A stretch of 64,000 nucleotides of DNA from Candidatus Saccharimonadota bacterium (GTDB lineage: Bacteria > Patescibacteriota > Saccharimonadia > Saccharimonadales > Saccharimonadaceae). Shown one piece after another: positions 1 to 9,383 of this stretch (the stretch's first letter is position 1; the number at the start of each line of letters is the position of its first letter). Position numbers and translations under genes: made by a program. The stretch spans positions 219,521 through 283,520 of the forward strand of contig CAJPNK010000001.1 in NCBI GenBank assembly GCA_905372095.1. The letters are read 5' to 3'. The notes beneath the pieces are model-generated. The model did not search any database. It was not told the origin of the DNA and worked only from the letters and a program-made list of their open reading frames with translations.

Positions 1-566
1 TGATTAACGACAAGGTTGATACGAATGGTGCTAAAGAATATTTGGTGACATTGAAGTCAGATAATGATATCGAGAAGTTGCGCACCATGGTGACGGCGAA
101 AGCTAATCAGTACGACTTGACCTATGCAGTGAGCGGCACTGACTCTAAAAAGCCGCATATCAATCCAACGATTCGCGAGTTTGCTGACTTGGCCTATGTT
201 GGTATCGGCGTGACGCTGTTCGTGGCGGTGGCGAGCTTGATCGTTTCGACGATTGGCGGGCTGATGGAGCGTCGTCGCTCGCTATACACTTTGCGGCTGG
301 GCGGTATGCGCCTCGCTCAACTGAAACGCTTGGTGATGGTTGAGTCGGTGGCGCCACTGCTGATTACTTCTCTTCTATCGTGCAGTATTGGTGTTTGGAC
401 GGGGGCGGTATTTACGAAAATGTTCTCGACGACGCTGAAGCCAGTGCTGACGCCAACTTACTTCGCTATCGTTGGTATCGGTCTGGTAGCAGCCATCATC
501 GGTATTTACTTGATCCTGCCGATGGTCGACAAGCTGACGCGGGCGGAGGCTAATCAAACCGAGTAG
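1..566 (+). CDS. FtsX-like ABC transporter permease, C-terminal part (5' end outside window)
   Basis: Frame open from base 3; ERRRSLYTLRLGGM matches the FtsX-family ERxxE..LRxxG motif, followed by TM helices. Confidence 0.8.
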   Translation, partial: INDKVDTNGAKEYLVTLKSDNDIEKLRTMVTAKANQYDLTYAVSGTDSKKPHINPTIREFADLAYVGIGVTLFVAVASLIVSTIGGLMERRRSLYTLRLGGMRLAQLKRLVMVESVAPLLITSLLSCSIGVWTGAVFTKMFSTTLKPVLTPTYFAIVGIGLVAAIIGIYLILPMVDKLTRAEANQTE

Positions 567-598
567 TGTGTTTGTATCGGCCCGAGGATAATCTACCG

Positions 599-635
599 AA
601 AAGCGTTCTAGTTAGTGGCTGGGACGCTTTTTCTT
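599..635 (+). terminator. Probable intrinsic terminator
   Basis: AAAAGCGTTCTAG...CTGGGACGCTTTT stem followed by T-run. Confidence 0.6.
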
Positions 636-690
636 ATAAAATTCGATAAAACTCTTACGCTTTTAGTTTGATGCGCGTATACTATAAGTT

Positions 691-1485
691 ATGAAAAGGG
701 CAAAAGCACTACGAAAAATGGCGACTTGCCTGTTTGTAGCGGCCTTTTTAGCGATGATTAGCTGGATGCTGTATGATATACTGCAGCGCGACAGTAGCAT
801 CTCCAACGACACCAACGTGCTGGTCATGGGCACAAACGCGACATTTAAACCTTTTGAGTATAAAGACGGCGGCCAGGTGGTTGGCTTTGATGTCGAGTTG
901 GCGCAAGCTATTGCCAAAGATATGGGCAAAGAGCTAAAAATCGAAGATATGTCGTTTGATGGCTTGTTGCCAGCGCTTGAGAGCGGGCAAATCGATATGG
1001 CGGTGGCCGGTATGTCGGTGACCTCGGAGCGAGAGAAGAACGCGCTGTTTTCGGATCCGTACTATCAGGCATCGCAGCGAATAATCGTACCCAAAAATAG
1101 CAAGATAGCCAATAAATACCAATTAGAGCACAAGAAAATCGCTGTGCAGCTCGGTACCACGGGCGACCAAGCAGCTTCTAAAATTAAAGGAGCGCAAGTC
1201 GTGCAATTCCCGGCAGCGCCGAATGCTTTGCAAGAATTAGCGGCTGGCAAAGTTGATGCAGCGGTGATTGACGATGCGCCGGCTAAGCAGTATGTCTCTG
1301 GTTTTCCTTCGCTCAAAATTATCAACACGCCGCTGAGCAGTGAAAGCTACGCGATCGCTTTCAAAAAGGGCAATACCGAACTGGCCGAGCATGCCAACAA
1401 AACGATTGCCAATATGAAAGCTGACGGGCGTTACCAAGTGCTGTTGCAGAAATACTTTGGCACGGCGAAGGAGCAGGCACCATGA
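691..1485 (+). CDS. Polar/basic amino acid ABC transporter substrate-binding protein
   Basis: GTNATFKPFEY, GFDVELAQAIA, FDGLLPAL family-3 SBP motifs; N-terminal TM anchor. Confidence 0.92.
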   Translation: MKRAKALRKMATCLFVAAFLAMISWMLYDILQRDSSISNDTNVLVMGTNATFKPFEYKDGGQVVGFDVELAQAIAKDMGKELKIEDMSFDGLLPALESGQIDMAVAGMSVTSEREKNALFSDPYYQASQRIIVPKNSKIANKYQLEHKKIAVQLGTTGDQAASKIKGAQVVQFPAAPNALQELAAGKVDAAVIDDAPAKQYVSGFPSLKIINTPLSSESYAIAFKKGNTELAEHANKTIANMKADGRYQVLLQKYFGTAKEQAP

Positions 1486-2204
1486 ATTTTGGCGAAGTGA
1501 TTTTTGGTGACGGGCGCTGGGTTTATCTATGGCACGGACTAGAAGTAACATTGGTTTTGACAGTATTATCGGTGGCATTAGGCGTAATTATCGGTATAAT
1601 TATTGCGTTGATGCGGGTGTCAAAAATCCGTCCGTTTAGTTGGCTAGGGCGTTTTCCGCAGCTGAAGCGTTTGGCTAGGTGGAATCCGGTAGCTGGTCTT
1701 GGACGTTTGTACGTTGAAATCATTCGTGGTACACCACTGTTGGTGCAGCTGCTTATTATGTATTATGTAGTGTTTGGATCGTATCGTTTCATGCCGAAGA
1801 TTTTCGTGGCGGCAATCGCCTTTGGTATCAATAGCGGCGCTTATGTGGCGGAAATCATTCGCGGCGGCATAGAGAGTATTGATAATGGACAGCTAGAAGC
1901 AGCGCGCTCGCTAGGCTTGAGCTATCCGCAGGCGATGCGCTACGTGATTTTACCGCAAGCGATGAAAAATTCGCTGCCAGCGTTGATTAGCGAGTGTATT
2001 GCTATGCTTAAGGAAACGTCGGTGGTCGGCTGGATTGGCTTGGGTGATATTATGCGTGGCGCTGACGATATCCGCTCGTTGACAGCGACAGCATTCCAGT
2101 CGTTGTTTGCGGCGGCGGTGATGTATTTAGCGTTGACGGTTATCTTTACGAAAGTGATGCGGCGTTTCGAGAAGGGAGTGCAAGCTGATGATCAGGACGC
2201 GTAA
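1482..2204 (+). CDS. Amino acid ABC transporter permease (HisM/GlnP type)
   Basis: [10 protein letters not shown] and [15 protein letters not shown] loop; ATGA overlap with SBP gene. Confidence 0.93.
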   Translation: MNFGEVIFGDGRWVYLWHGLEVTLVLTVLSVALGVIIGIIIALMRVSKIRPFSWLGRFPQLKRLARWNPVAGLGRLYVEIIRGTPLLVQLLIMYYVVFGSYRFMPKIFVAAIAFGINSGAYVAEIIRGGIESIDNGQLEAARSLGLSYPQAMRYVILPQAMKNSLPALISECIAMLKETSVVGWIGLGDIMRGADDIRSLTATAFQSLFAAAVMYLALTVIFTKVMRRFEKGVQADDQDA

Positions 2205-2910
2205 CCTGCGCAAATATTTTGGATCCAACCACGTGCTGCGCGGGATTGATTTGACGATCGAGGATGGTGAAGTACTAGTGATTGTCGGGTCGAGCGGCTC
2301 GGGTAAATCGACGCTGCTAAGATGTTTGAATTTACTTGAAAAACCCACTTATGGATCGGTTTTTGTTGATGACGTTGACATCACTCAACCGCACGTTAAT
2401 ATTAATAAAATCCGCCAGCGTATCGGTATGGTGTTTCAGCAATTTAATCTATTCCCTAATATGACAGTGCTAGATAATATCAAATTAGCGCCTAAGAAAC
2501 TACGCAAAGTATCGGATCGTAAAGCGAATCGGCGAGCCAAAGAGCTGCTTGAGCAGGTTGGTTTAGCTAACAAAGCCAATGAATATCCGCAGCATTTGTC
2601 GGGCGGCCAGCGGCAGCGAGTGGCTATCGCTCGGGCGCTCGCTATGGAGCCAGAAGTTATGTTGTTTGATGAGCCGACTAGCGCGCTTGACCCAGAAATG
2701 ATTGGCGAGGTGCTCGACGTGATGCGCGATTTGGCTAAGCAGGGCATGACCATGGTGATCGTCACGCATGAAATGAGCTTTGCCCGTGAAGTTGGCACAC
2801 GGATGATTTTCCTTGACAAAGGCGACATCATCGAAGACGGTCCGCCTAAACGAGTAATGGATCATCCAAAGACTGAGCGAGCGCGCCAGTTCTTTGATGC
2901 TGATAAATAG
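2188..2910 (+). CDS. Amino acid ABC transporter ATP-binding protein (GlnQ type)
   Basis: [28 protein letters not shown]. Confidence 0.95.
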   Translation: MIRTRNLRKYFGSNHVLRGIDLTIEDGEVLVIVGSSGSGKSTLLRCLNLLEKPTYGSVFVDDVDITQPHVNINKIRQRIGMVFQQFNLFPNMTVLDNIKLAPKKLRKVSDRKANRRAKELLEQVGLANKANEYPQHLSGGQRQRVAIARALAMEPEVMLFDEPTSALDPEMIGEVLDVMRDLAKQGMTMVIVTHEMSFAREVGTRMIFLDKGDIIEDGPPKRVMDHPKTERARQFFDADK

Positions 2911-3198
2911 CAAAAATAGCGATAATATATTAAAATAATCTATATTACAAAGCCAAAATTATCGTCTGTTGAACATAAAAAATTTAAGAAATAGCGGTCA
3001 GAACAAAAACATTAAGGATGAAACGCGTAGATTGTTACTACCATATATCGTTGTACTGAGTATGATACTATTTTACCAGTATTTGCTGCAGTATCTAATA
3101 TTGCATAAAAATAGTCATCTAAATCAGCCAACGCAGGTGCAGTCTATCATTCAACAATATTGGACAGCACCGACTACTTGATTTAGCCGAGAAAAGGC

Positions 3199-3226
3199 TT
3201 GCATAAGCGTCATAAATCTATATAAT
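3199..3226 (+). promoter_or_regulatory. Putative sigma70 promoter of the arc operon
   Basis: TTGCAT-N16-TATAAT; GGAGGT SD precedes GTG at 3282. Confidence 0.5.
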
Positions 3227-3281
3227 GAAAACTATATAAGTAAATAAACAATGAATCATTTAGATCATAGCGGAGGTGGGC

Positions 3282-5654
3282 GTGAATCAAAAACCATTGC
3301 AAATCAATTCTGAAATCGGCGTACTCAAGACCGTACTGCTGCATCGGCCGGGCGAGGAGCTCGAGAATCTTACTCCTGATTATCTCAAGGACTTGCTGTT
3401 CGATGATATTCCGCACCTAAAGGTGGCGCAGCAAGAGCACGACGAGTTTGCTAACGTCCTGCGCGACCATGGCGTAGAAGTGCTGTATTTGGATGAATTG
3501 GTGACAGAGGCGTTAAACAACAGCGATAGTCTGAAAGCAGAATTTGTCGACGAGATGCTGGCAGCGTCTAAGCAGGATTCGCGTCGAGTCACGCAAAGCT
3601 TGCGCGATTTCCTGCTCTCGATGCCAACCAACGCTATGGTGCGCAAAATTATGGCTGGTGTGCGCAAAGACGAGATTTCTTTGCCGCCAGAGCATCACCA
3701 GCAGCTGCACGATATGGTTGAGCAAGACCATTATCCGTTCTACCTAGATCCAATGCCGAATTTGTACTTTACGCGCGATCCAGCTGCGACAATTGGTAAC
3801 GGCCTGACGATTAATAAGATGCATTGGCCGGCCCGCCGCCGCGAGTCGCTGTTCATGCGCTATATCATTGATCATCATCCGCGGTTTGCTGGCCATGATA
3901 TTCCAGTTTGGTATAATCGCGATGAGAAGTTCTCGATGGAGGGAGGCGATGAACTGGTACTAAGCAGCGAAGCTATGGCAATCGGCATCAGCGAGCGCAC
4001 TACCGCCGAGGCGATCGAAAAGATGGCAACTGAGCTGTTTGCTGATTCTAACTTCAAGAAAATTATTGCTCTCGAGATTCCGAAGAGCCACGCATTCATG
4101 CATCTAGACACGGTCTTTACTATGATCGATTACGATAAGTTCACGATCCATCCGGAGATTCGTGACTTTGAAGGCAAGATGAATCTGTTTATCCTCGAAA
4201 AGGTTGAGGGGCAAGCTTATCCGCGGATTACCAAGCAACATGATCTCGAAAAAGCGTTGTGTGAAGCGCTGCATTTGCCAAAGATTAACCTGATTGAGTG
4301 CGGCGGCGGCGATGAGATTGCGGCAGCTCGCGAGCAGTGGAATGACGGTTCGAATACTTTGGCGATTGCGCCGGGCGTGGTGGTGACTTACGATCGTAAC
4401 TATGTCACCAATGCTAAATTGCGCGAGGCTGGCGTCGAAGTTATCGAGGTTAGCGGTTCAGAACTCGGCCGCGGCCGCGGTGGCCCGCGCTGCATGAGTA
4501 TGCCGCTGGTGCGTGAAGATCTGGATAACGAGCAAGTTACTGATAGAGTTACTTCGGCGGAGCGTTCGCTGGCAGCCACCTTGGCGGTACCAATGATTCA
4601 AGAGGAGCACGTCCGCAAAGTGGTACCGGTGACCACAGACTCAACTACAACAACGGTAGCTAAGCTGCCAACCAGTCTGAAGGGTCGCTCTTTCTTAACT
4701 TTGAAAGATTTCTCGCCAAGCGATATTCGGCTGATGCTTGATACAGCACACGACCTCAAACAACAAAAGAAAGCGGGCAAAGCACACCGTATTCACGAGG
4801 GCAAACAAGTGGCTTTGCTCTTTGAAAAGACATCGACACGAACTCGCTGCGCCTTTACAGTGGCTGCTAATGATTTGGGCGTGGCACCAGAATTTCTCGG
4901 TAAAGACGATATTCAGCTAGGTAAAAAAGAGTCAGTTGAAGATACCGCTAAGGTGCTGGGCCGCATGTTTGACGGCATTGAATTCCGCGGCTTTAAGCAT
5001 TCCAATGTCGAAGCGTTAGCCAAATATGCTGGCGTGCCAGTCTGGAATGGCCTAACGGACACCTTCCATCCAACACAAATTCTGGCAGACTTCATGACTA
5101 TCGAGGAACATGTCGGCAAGCTCAACGGCGCTAAGCTGGTCTTCGTTGGCGACGGACGCAATAATATGGCAAATAGCTTGCTGATTGGTACGGCCAAAAT
5201 GGGTGTTGACTTCCGAATCCTAGCACCGCGACAGCTGCATCCGTCGGGCGATCTGGTTAGCCTAGCACGTTCAATTGCTATGGAAACTGGCGCGAAGATT
5301 ACGATCACTGATAACCGTGCCGAAGCGCTAGAAGGGGCTGACGCTATTTACACTGATGTCTGGGTGTCAATGGGTGAGGAAGACAAGTTTGCCGAGCGAA
5401 TTGCCCTTCTCAAGCCGTACCAGGTCAACGCGCAAATGCTAGCCGAGACGCATAACCCGAACGTCAAATTCTTGCATTGTTTGCCATCATTCCATGACCT
5501 TAATACCGAGACTGGCCAGAAGATTCACGATCAATTCGGTCTTGACTCGATGGAGGTTACTGACGAGGTCTTTAGCGGCGAGCACAGCGTTGTCTTTGAT
5601 GAGGCTGAAAACCGCATGCACACTATCAAGGCTGTGATGGCATTGACGCTATAA
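3282..5654 (+). CDS. arcA-arcB: Arginine deiminase-ornithine carbamoyltransferase fusion
   Basis: ADI motifs ([48 protein letters not shown]), about 50 aa linker, then OTC motifs ([16 protein letters not shown]) with no stop; start set at GTG 3282 by SD. Confidence 0.95.
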   Translation: MNQKPLQINSEIGVLKTVLLHRPGEELENLTPDYLKDLLFDDIPHLKVAQQEHDEFANVLRDHGVEVLYLDELVTEALNNSDSLKAEFVDEMLAASKQDSRRVTQSLRDFLLSMPTNAMVRKIMAGVRKDEISLPPEHHQQLHDMVEQDHYPFYLDPMPNLYFTRDPAATIGNGLTINKMHWPARRRESLFMRYIIDHHPRFAGHDIPVWYNRDEKFSMEGGDELVLSSEAMAIGISERTTAEAIEKMATELFADSNFKKIIALEIPKSHAFMHLDTVFTMIDYDKFTIHPEIRDFEGKMNLFILEKVEGQAYPRITKQHDLEKALCEALHLPKINLIECGGGDEIAAAREQWNDGSNTLAIAPGVVVTYDRNYVTNAKLREAGVEVIEVSGSELGRGRGGPRCMSMPLVREDLDNEQVTDRVTSAERSLAATLAVPMIQEEHVRKVVPVTTDSTTTTVAKLPTSLKGRSFLTLKDFSPSDIRLMLDTAHDLKQQKKAGKAHRIHEGKQVALLFEKTSTRTRCAFTVAANDLGVAPEFLGKDDIQLGKKESVEDTAKVLGRMFDGIEFRGFKHSNVEALAKYAGVPVWNGLTDTFHPTQILADFMTIEEHVGKLNGAKLVFVGDGRNNMANSLLIGTAKMGVDFRILAPRQLHPSGDLVSLARSIAMETGAKITITDNRAEALEGADAIYTDVWVSMGEEDKFAERIALLKPYQVNAQMLAETHNPNVKFLHCLPSFHDLNTETGQKIHDQFGLDSMEVTDEVFSGEHSVVFDEAENRMHTIKAVMALTL

Positions 5655-5681
5655 ATCCGAGTTGAAGGAGGCTCGAACAAA

Positions 5682-7163
5682 ATGGCAATCAAACAATTAG
5701 CAAGAAAAAAGGATGGGTTAGGACTCTGGTCGCTGACTGGCTTAGTGGTCGGCAGTATGATCGGCGCAGGTATCTTTAACCTTGTTCAAGGTACGGCTGA
5801 GGCGGCTGGTCCGCTGGCGACGATTATTGCGTGGCTGATTACGGGTGTTGGAATGATATTCCTGATTCTCAGCTTCCGTAATCTGACTATCAAAAAGCCG
5901 AAGCTTAACGCTGGCGTGTATAGCTACGCTGAGGCTGGCTTTGGCAAGTATGTTGGCTTTAATTCGGCGTGGGGTTACTGGATTTCTGCCTGGATTGGTA
6001 ATATTGCTTATGCAGTAGCCGTTTTCTCGGCGCTTGGTTATTTCTTTCCAGACTTGTTTGGTAAAGGACAAAACTGGGCGTCAGTGGTTGGTATGTCGGT
6101 ACTGCTGTGGAGTGTTCATTTATTAATCCTTAAGGGTATCAAAACGGCAAGCTTTATCAACGCTTTGGTGACGGCGGCGAAATTGATCCCGCTTGCGATC
6201 TTTTTGCTAGCGATATTCTTGTCGTTCAAGGTCGGCTTGTTTAACCAAGACCTTTGGGGCTTAGCTGGTAATAACTTTGATATGGGCGCTGTGATTGAGC
6301 AGGTCAAGAATATGATGCTGGTTACCGTCTGGGTGTTTATCGGCATCGAGGGTGCAGTCGTATTTTCAGGCCACGCCAAGAAGCGCAGCGATATCATCAA
6401 GGCAACATTGATTGGTTTTACTGGCGTGCTTTCGATTTATGTGCTGATGACGGTGTTGGCTTTCGGCGTGGCCACCCAGAAGGATTTGGCTGCACTAGAT
6501 AGTCCGGCAATGTCGATGCTGTTGGAACGCTTGGTTGGCCCGTGGGGCGCTTGGCTGGTTAATATCGGCTTGATGATCGCAGTTTTGGGCGGTTGGCTAG
6601 CTTGGACGATGTTTGCTGCCGAACTACCGTATCAGGCAGCTAAGAATAAGACTTTCCCGTCGATATTCGCCAAAGAAAATAAAGTTGGCGCGCCAGTAGT
6701 GTCGCTGTTGGTTACTAACATCCTGGTACAGATATTCCTGCTGACAATCCCTGGAACTGAAGGTTCAGCCTATAATATTGGTATTTCGATTGCTACCTCG
6801 GCTATCTTGATCCCGTATGCCCTGACGGCGTTTTATCAATTGAAAGTTTCTCTGCAAGAGAAGAAAACCGTTAAGCACCGCGCCTTTAATATCTTTGTGG
6901 GTGTGATGGCTAGTGTTTACGCAGTATGGCTAGTGTATGCGGCTGGTATGCAATATCTGCTCATAACAGTGTTCTTGTACGCACCAGGCATGTTGGTCTA
7001 CGTCTTGATGCAGATCAAGAATCGCAAGAAGATTTTCACGCTATACGAACTGCTTTTGGCGGTTGTCGTGATTGCGTTATTTGCCTACGCAGTGCAGCAA
7101 CTACTGGCTGGTGCGCTGGATGATACGTTAGGTATTAAGATCGCTGATTTAATCGGTCAATGA
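5682..7163 (+). CDS. arcD: Arginine/ornithine antiporter (APC family)
   Basis: GSMIGAGIF and WVFIGIEGA motifs, about 12 TM, arc operon context. Confidence 0.93.
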   Translation: MAIKQLARKKDGLGLWSLTGLVVGSMIGAGIFNLVQGTAEAAGPLATIIAWLITGVGMIFLILSFRNLTIKKPKLNAGVYSYAEAGFGKYVGFNSAWGYWISAWIGNIAYAVAVFSALGYFFPDLFGKGQNWASVVGMSVLLWSVHLLILKGIKTASFINALVTAAKLIPLAIFLLAIFLSFKVGLFNQDLWGLAGNNFDMGAVIEQVKNMMLVTVWVFIGIEGAVVFSGHAKKRSDIIKATLIGFTGVLSIYVLMTVLAFGVATQKDLAALDSPAMSMLLERLVGPWGAWLVNIGLMIAVLGGWLAWTMFAAELPYQAAKNKTFPSIFAKENKVGAPVVSLLVTNILVQIFLLTIPGTEGSAYNIGISIATSAILIPYALTAFYQLKVSLQEKKTVKHRAFNIFVGVMASVYAVWLVYAAGMQYLLITVFLYAPGMLVYVLMQIKNRKKIFTLYELLLAVVVIALFAYAVQQLLAGALDDTLGIKIADLIGQ

Positions 7164-7170
7164 TAATAAA

Positions 7171-7208
7171 TAAAACGGGCGCGCCTGAAATACAGCGCGC
7201 CCGTTTTA
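7171..7208 (+). terminator. Intra-operon 14-bp stem-loop between arcD and the DDAH-like gene
   Basis: TAAAACGGGCGCGC-N10-GCGCGCCCGTTTTA perfect inverted repeat. Confidence 0.7.
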
Positions 7209-7226
7209 CCAAATGAAGGAGAAAAA

Positions 7227-8000
7227 ATGTTTAAGTATGCCATTGTCCGCCGTCCGTCACATAGTTTGATTGATGGTATCAGCCAAACGCCAGAAATGGG
7301 CAAGCCGGACTATGATTTAGCGTTGCAGCAGCATGATCGCTATGTCGAGATTTTGCGCGAATGCGGTTTGGAAGTGACAGTTCTAGAGGCCAACGAAGAT
7401 TATCCAGACAGTGTTTTTATCGAGGATAATGCGTTGTGTACGCCGCGCGGCGTAGCAATTTTGTCGCGTCCTGGTGCTGAGAGTCGTCGTGGCGAAGCTA
7501 GTCTGCCAGATTTGCGCGAAGCACTGGCGCGTTACTATGATGATATTGAACAAGTTGTCGAGCCAGGTACAACTGATCCAGGCGATATCATGATGGTGGG
7601 CGATCACTATTACATCGGGTTGAGCGGCCGCACCAACCAGGCGGCAGCCGACCAAATCACGGCGATTCTCGAGAAACATGGCATGACCGCCGAAACGGTA
7701 CCGGTGACAGGCATTCTACACCTGAAAGACGATGTGGTTTATTTAGATAATAACAACTTGATCGTTGCTAAAGCTTACGAAGACCATCCGGCTTTTGCTA
7801 ACTTTAATAAGTTAGTCGTTGATGACGATGAATACTATGCAGTGAATAGTTTGTGGATAAATGGCAAGGTAATCGTGCCAGAAGGCTTTCCGAAAACTGA
7901 ACAGAAAATTCGCGATTGCGGTTACGAAGTGATTCTGATCAATACTAGCGAGTTTGAGAAAATTACCGGCAGCCTAACTTGCATGTCGTTGAGGTTTTGA
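7227..8000 (+). CDS. DDAH-family amidinohydrolase (pentein fold)
   Basis: PDSVFIED, RPGAESRRGE, GDIMMVGDH, LHLK, C-terminal CMSLRF closely follow bacterial dimethylargininase. Confidence 0.9.
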   Translation: MFKYAIVRRPSHSLIDGISQTPEMGKPDYDLALQQHDRYVEILRECGLEVTVLEANEDYPDSVFIEDNALCTPRGVAILSRPGAESRRGEASLPDLREALARYYDDIEQVVEPGTTDPGDIMMVGDHYYIGLSGRTNQAAADQITAILEKHGMTAETVPVTGILHLKDDVVYLDNNNLIVAKAYEDHPAFANFNKLVVDDDEYYAVNSLWINGKVIVPEGFPKTEQKIRDCGYEVILINTSEFEKITGSLTCMSLRF

Positions 8001-8004
8001 CAAC

Positions 8005-8949
8005 ATGCCGGGTAAGATTGTAGTTGCGCTTGGCGGCAATGCTTTGCAAAAGCAAGGCGAGGCTTCGGCTCATGCCCAACAAGACGTCGCCGACGAGACA
8101 GCTCGTCAGCTAGTGCCGTTGATTTTGGCTGGCTATCAGCTGGTAATCGTTCACGGCAACGGGCCGCAAGTTGGTAATATTGTTTTGCACGAAGAAGCAA
8201 TTAACACGCCAGAAGTACCAACTTTCCCGCTCGATACGTGCGTAGCGATGAGCCAAGGGGCGATCGGTTTTTGGTTGCAGCAAGCGTTGATTGACGAATT
8301 CTCGCGCCGGCAGATGAAAAGCGTCGCTTCGACAGTTGTTACGCAAGTAGTGGTTGACGCTAACGATCCGGCTTTTAGTAGTCCTACGAAGCCAATAGGC
8401 GTATTTTATCAGACCGAAGCAGAAGCCCAGCAGGCTGCTAACGGTCGTAACTTCACATTCAAAGAAGATGCTGGGCGCGGTTGGCGGCGCGTGGTACCGT
8501 CGCCGAAGCCGCAGCGGATCGTCGAAGAATATACGGTCAAGGCAATGATTGATGCTGGCGTGACGGTTATCACGGGTGGCGGTGGCGGCGTGCCGGTTGT
8601 TGAAACTGTCAGTGATGGCTTAGAGGGGGTCGAGGCAGTAATTGATAAGGATTTCACAGCGGCAGTGGTGGCTGATGCGATTGATGCTGAGGCACTGGTG
8701 ATACTGACGGCAGTTGATGGCGCGATGGTTGATTATGGTAAACCGACCGCGCGCACAATTGGACGCACTAATCTCCAAGAGATGCAGCGCTACATTGACG
8801 AAAATCAGTTCGCGCCGGGTAGTATGCTGCCCAAAGTGCAAGCGGCCTTGAAATTTGTCGAAAAGCCAGGTCGCCGGGCAATTATCGCTAGCCTGGGTAG
8901 CGCCGAACAAGCCTTGGCTGGGCAGGTTGGCACAATTATCGAGAGCTAG
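8005..8949 (+). CDS. arcC: Carbamate kinase
   Basis: ALGGNAL, HGNGPQVG, RRVVPSP, EAVIDKD, GSMLPKV. Confidence 0.96.
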   Translation: MPGKIVVALGGNALQKQGEASAHAQQDVADETARQLVPLILAGYQLVIVHGNGPQVGNIVLHEEAINTPEVPTFPLDTCVAMSQGAIGFWLQQALIDEFSRRQMKSVASTVVTQVVVDANDPAFSSPTKPIGVFYQTEAEAQQAANGRNFTFKEDAGRGWRRVVPSPKPQRIVEEYTVKAMIDAGVTVITGGGGGVPVVETVSDGLEGVEAVIDKDFTAAVVADAIDAEALVILTAVDGAMVDYGKPTARTIGRTNLQEMQRYIDENQFAPGSMLPKVQAALKFVEKPGRRAIIASLGSAEQALAGQVGTIIES

Positions 8950-8969
8950 CTAATATCTATAAGTACAGC

Positions 8970-9002
8970 AAAATAGCGCGAGTTTTAGCTCGGGCTATTT
9001 TT
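8970..9002 (+). terminator. Intrinsic terminator after arcC
   Basis: AAATAGCGCGAG...CTCGGGCTATTT stem plus T-run. Confidence 0.65.
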
Positions 9003-9019
9003 ATATTTTGATAATGCGG

Positions 9020-9048
9020 TTGACGTTTTTCGCCAACTTTCTTATACT
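9020..9048 (+). promoter_or_regulatory. sigma70 promoter of groESL
   Basis: TTGACG-N17-TATACT. Confidence 0.8.
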
Positions 9049-9053
9049 TGGGT

Positions 9054-9080
9054 CTAGCACTCTGCGGTTAAGAGTGCTAA
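9054..9080. promoter_or_regulatory. CIRCE element (HrcA operator)
   Basis: CTAGCACTC-N9-GAGTGCTAA, one mismatch to consensus, upstream of groES. Confidence 0.95.
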
Positions 9081-9107
9081 AATAGATTAGAAAAGGAGGA
9101 TATAATC

Positions 9108-9374
9108 ATGAGTTCACCAATCAAGCCAATGGCGCATTATGTCGTGGCTGTCAAAGAAAAGAAACCGGAAAAAACAGCTAGCGGCATTTTCTTGCCAGAA
9201 TCAGCCCAAGAAAAATCGGAAGCTGCTAAAGTAGTAGCTGTTGGTTCGGCAGTCAAAGATGTGGCTGATGGCGCACGGGTTGTCTACAAAAACTACGCAG
9301 CGACGACTATCAAGCTTGATAAGGAAGAATATTTAATTATCAAAGACGAGGATATCCTCGCTACAATTGAATAG
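9108..9374 (+). CDS. groES: Co-chaperonin GroES
   Basis: KTASGIFLP mobile loop, VVAVG, DILA; upstream of groEL. Confidence 0.93.
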   Translation: MSSPIKPMAHYVVAVKEKKPEKTASGIFLPESAQEKSEAAKVVAVGSAVKDVADGARVVYKNYAATTIKLDKEEYLIIKDEDILATIE

Positions 9375-9383
9375 GAGAAAAAT

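Noticed and set aside
2969..3181. 70-aa ORF in the arc upstream spacer
   Set aside because: TTG start, no SD, AT-rich, no recognisable motif; probably spurious
4600..4625. GAGGAG in the ArcA-ArcB linker as internal SD for a separate ArcB
   Set aside because: Nearest in-frame GTG is about 12 nt away and the word simply encodes Glu-Glu
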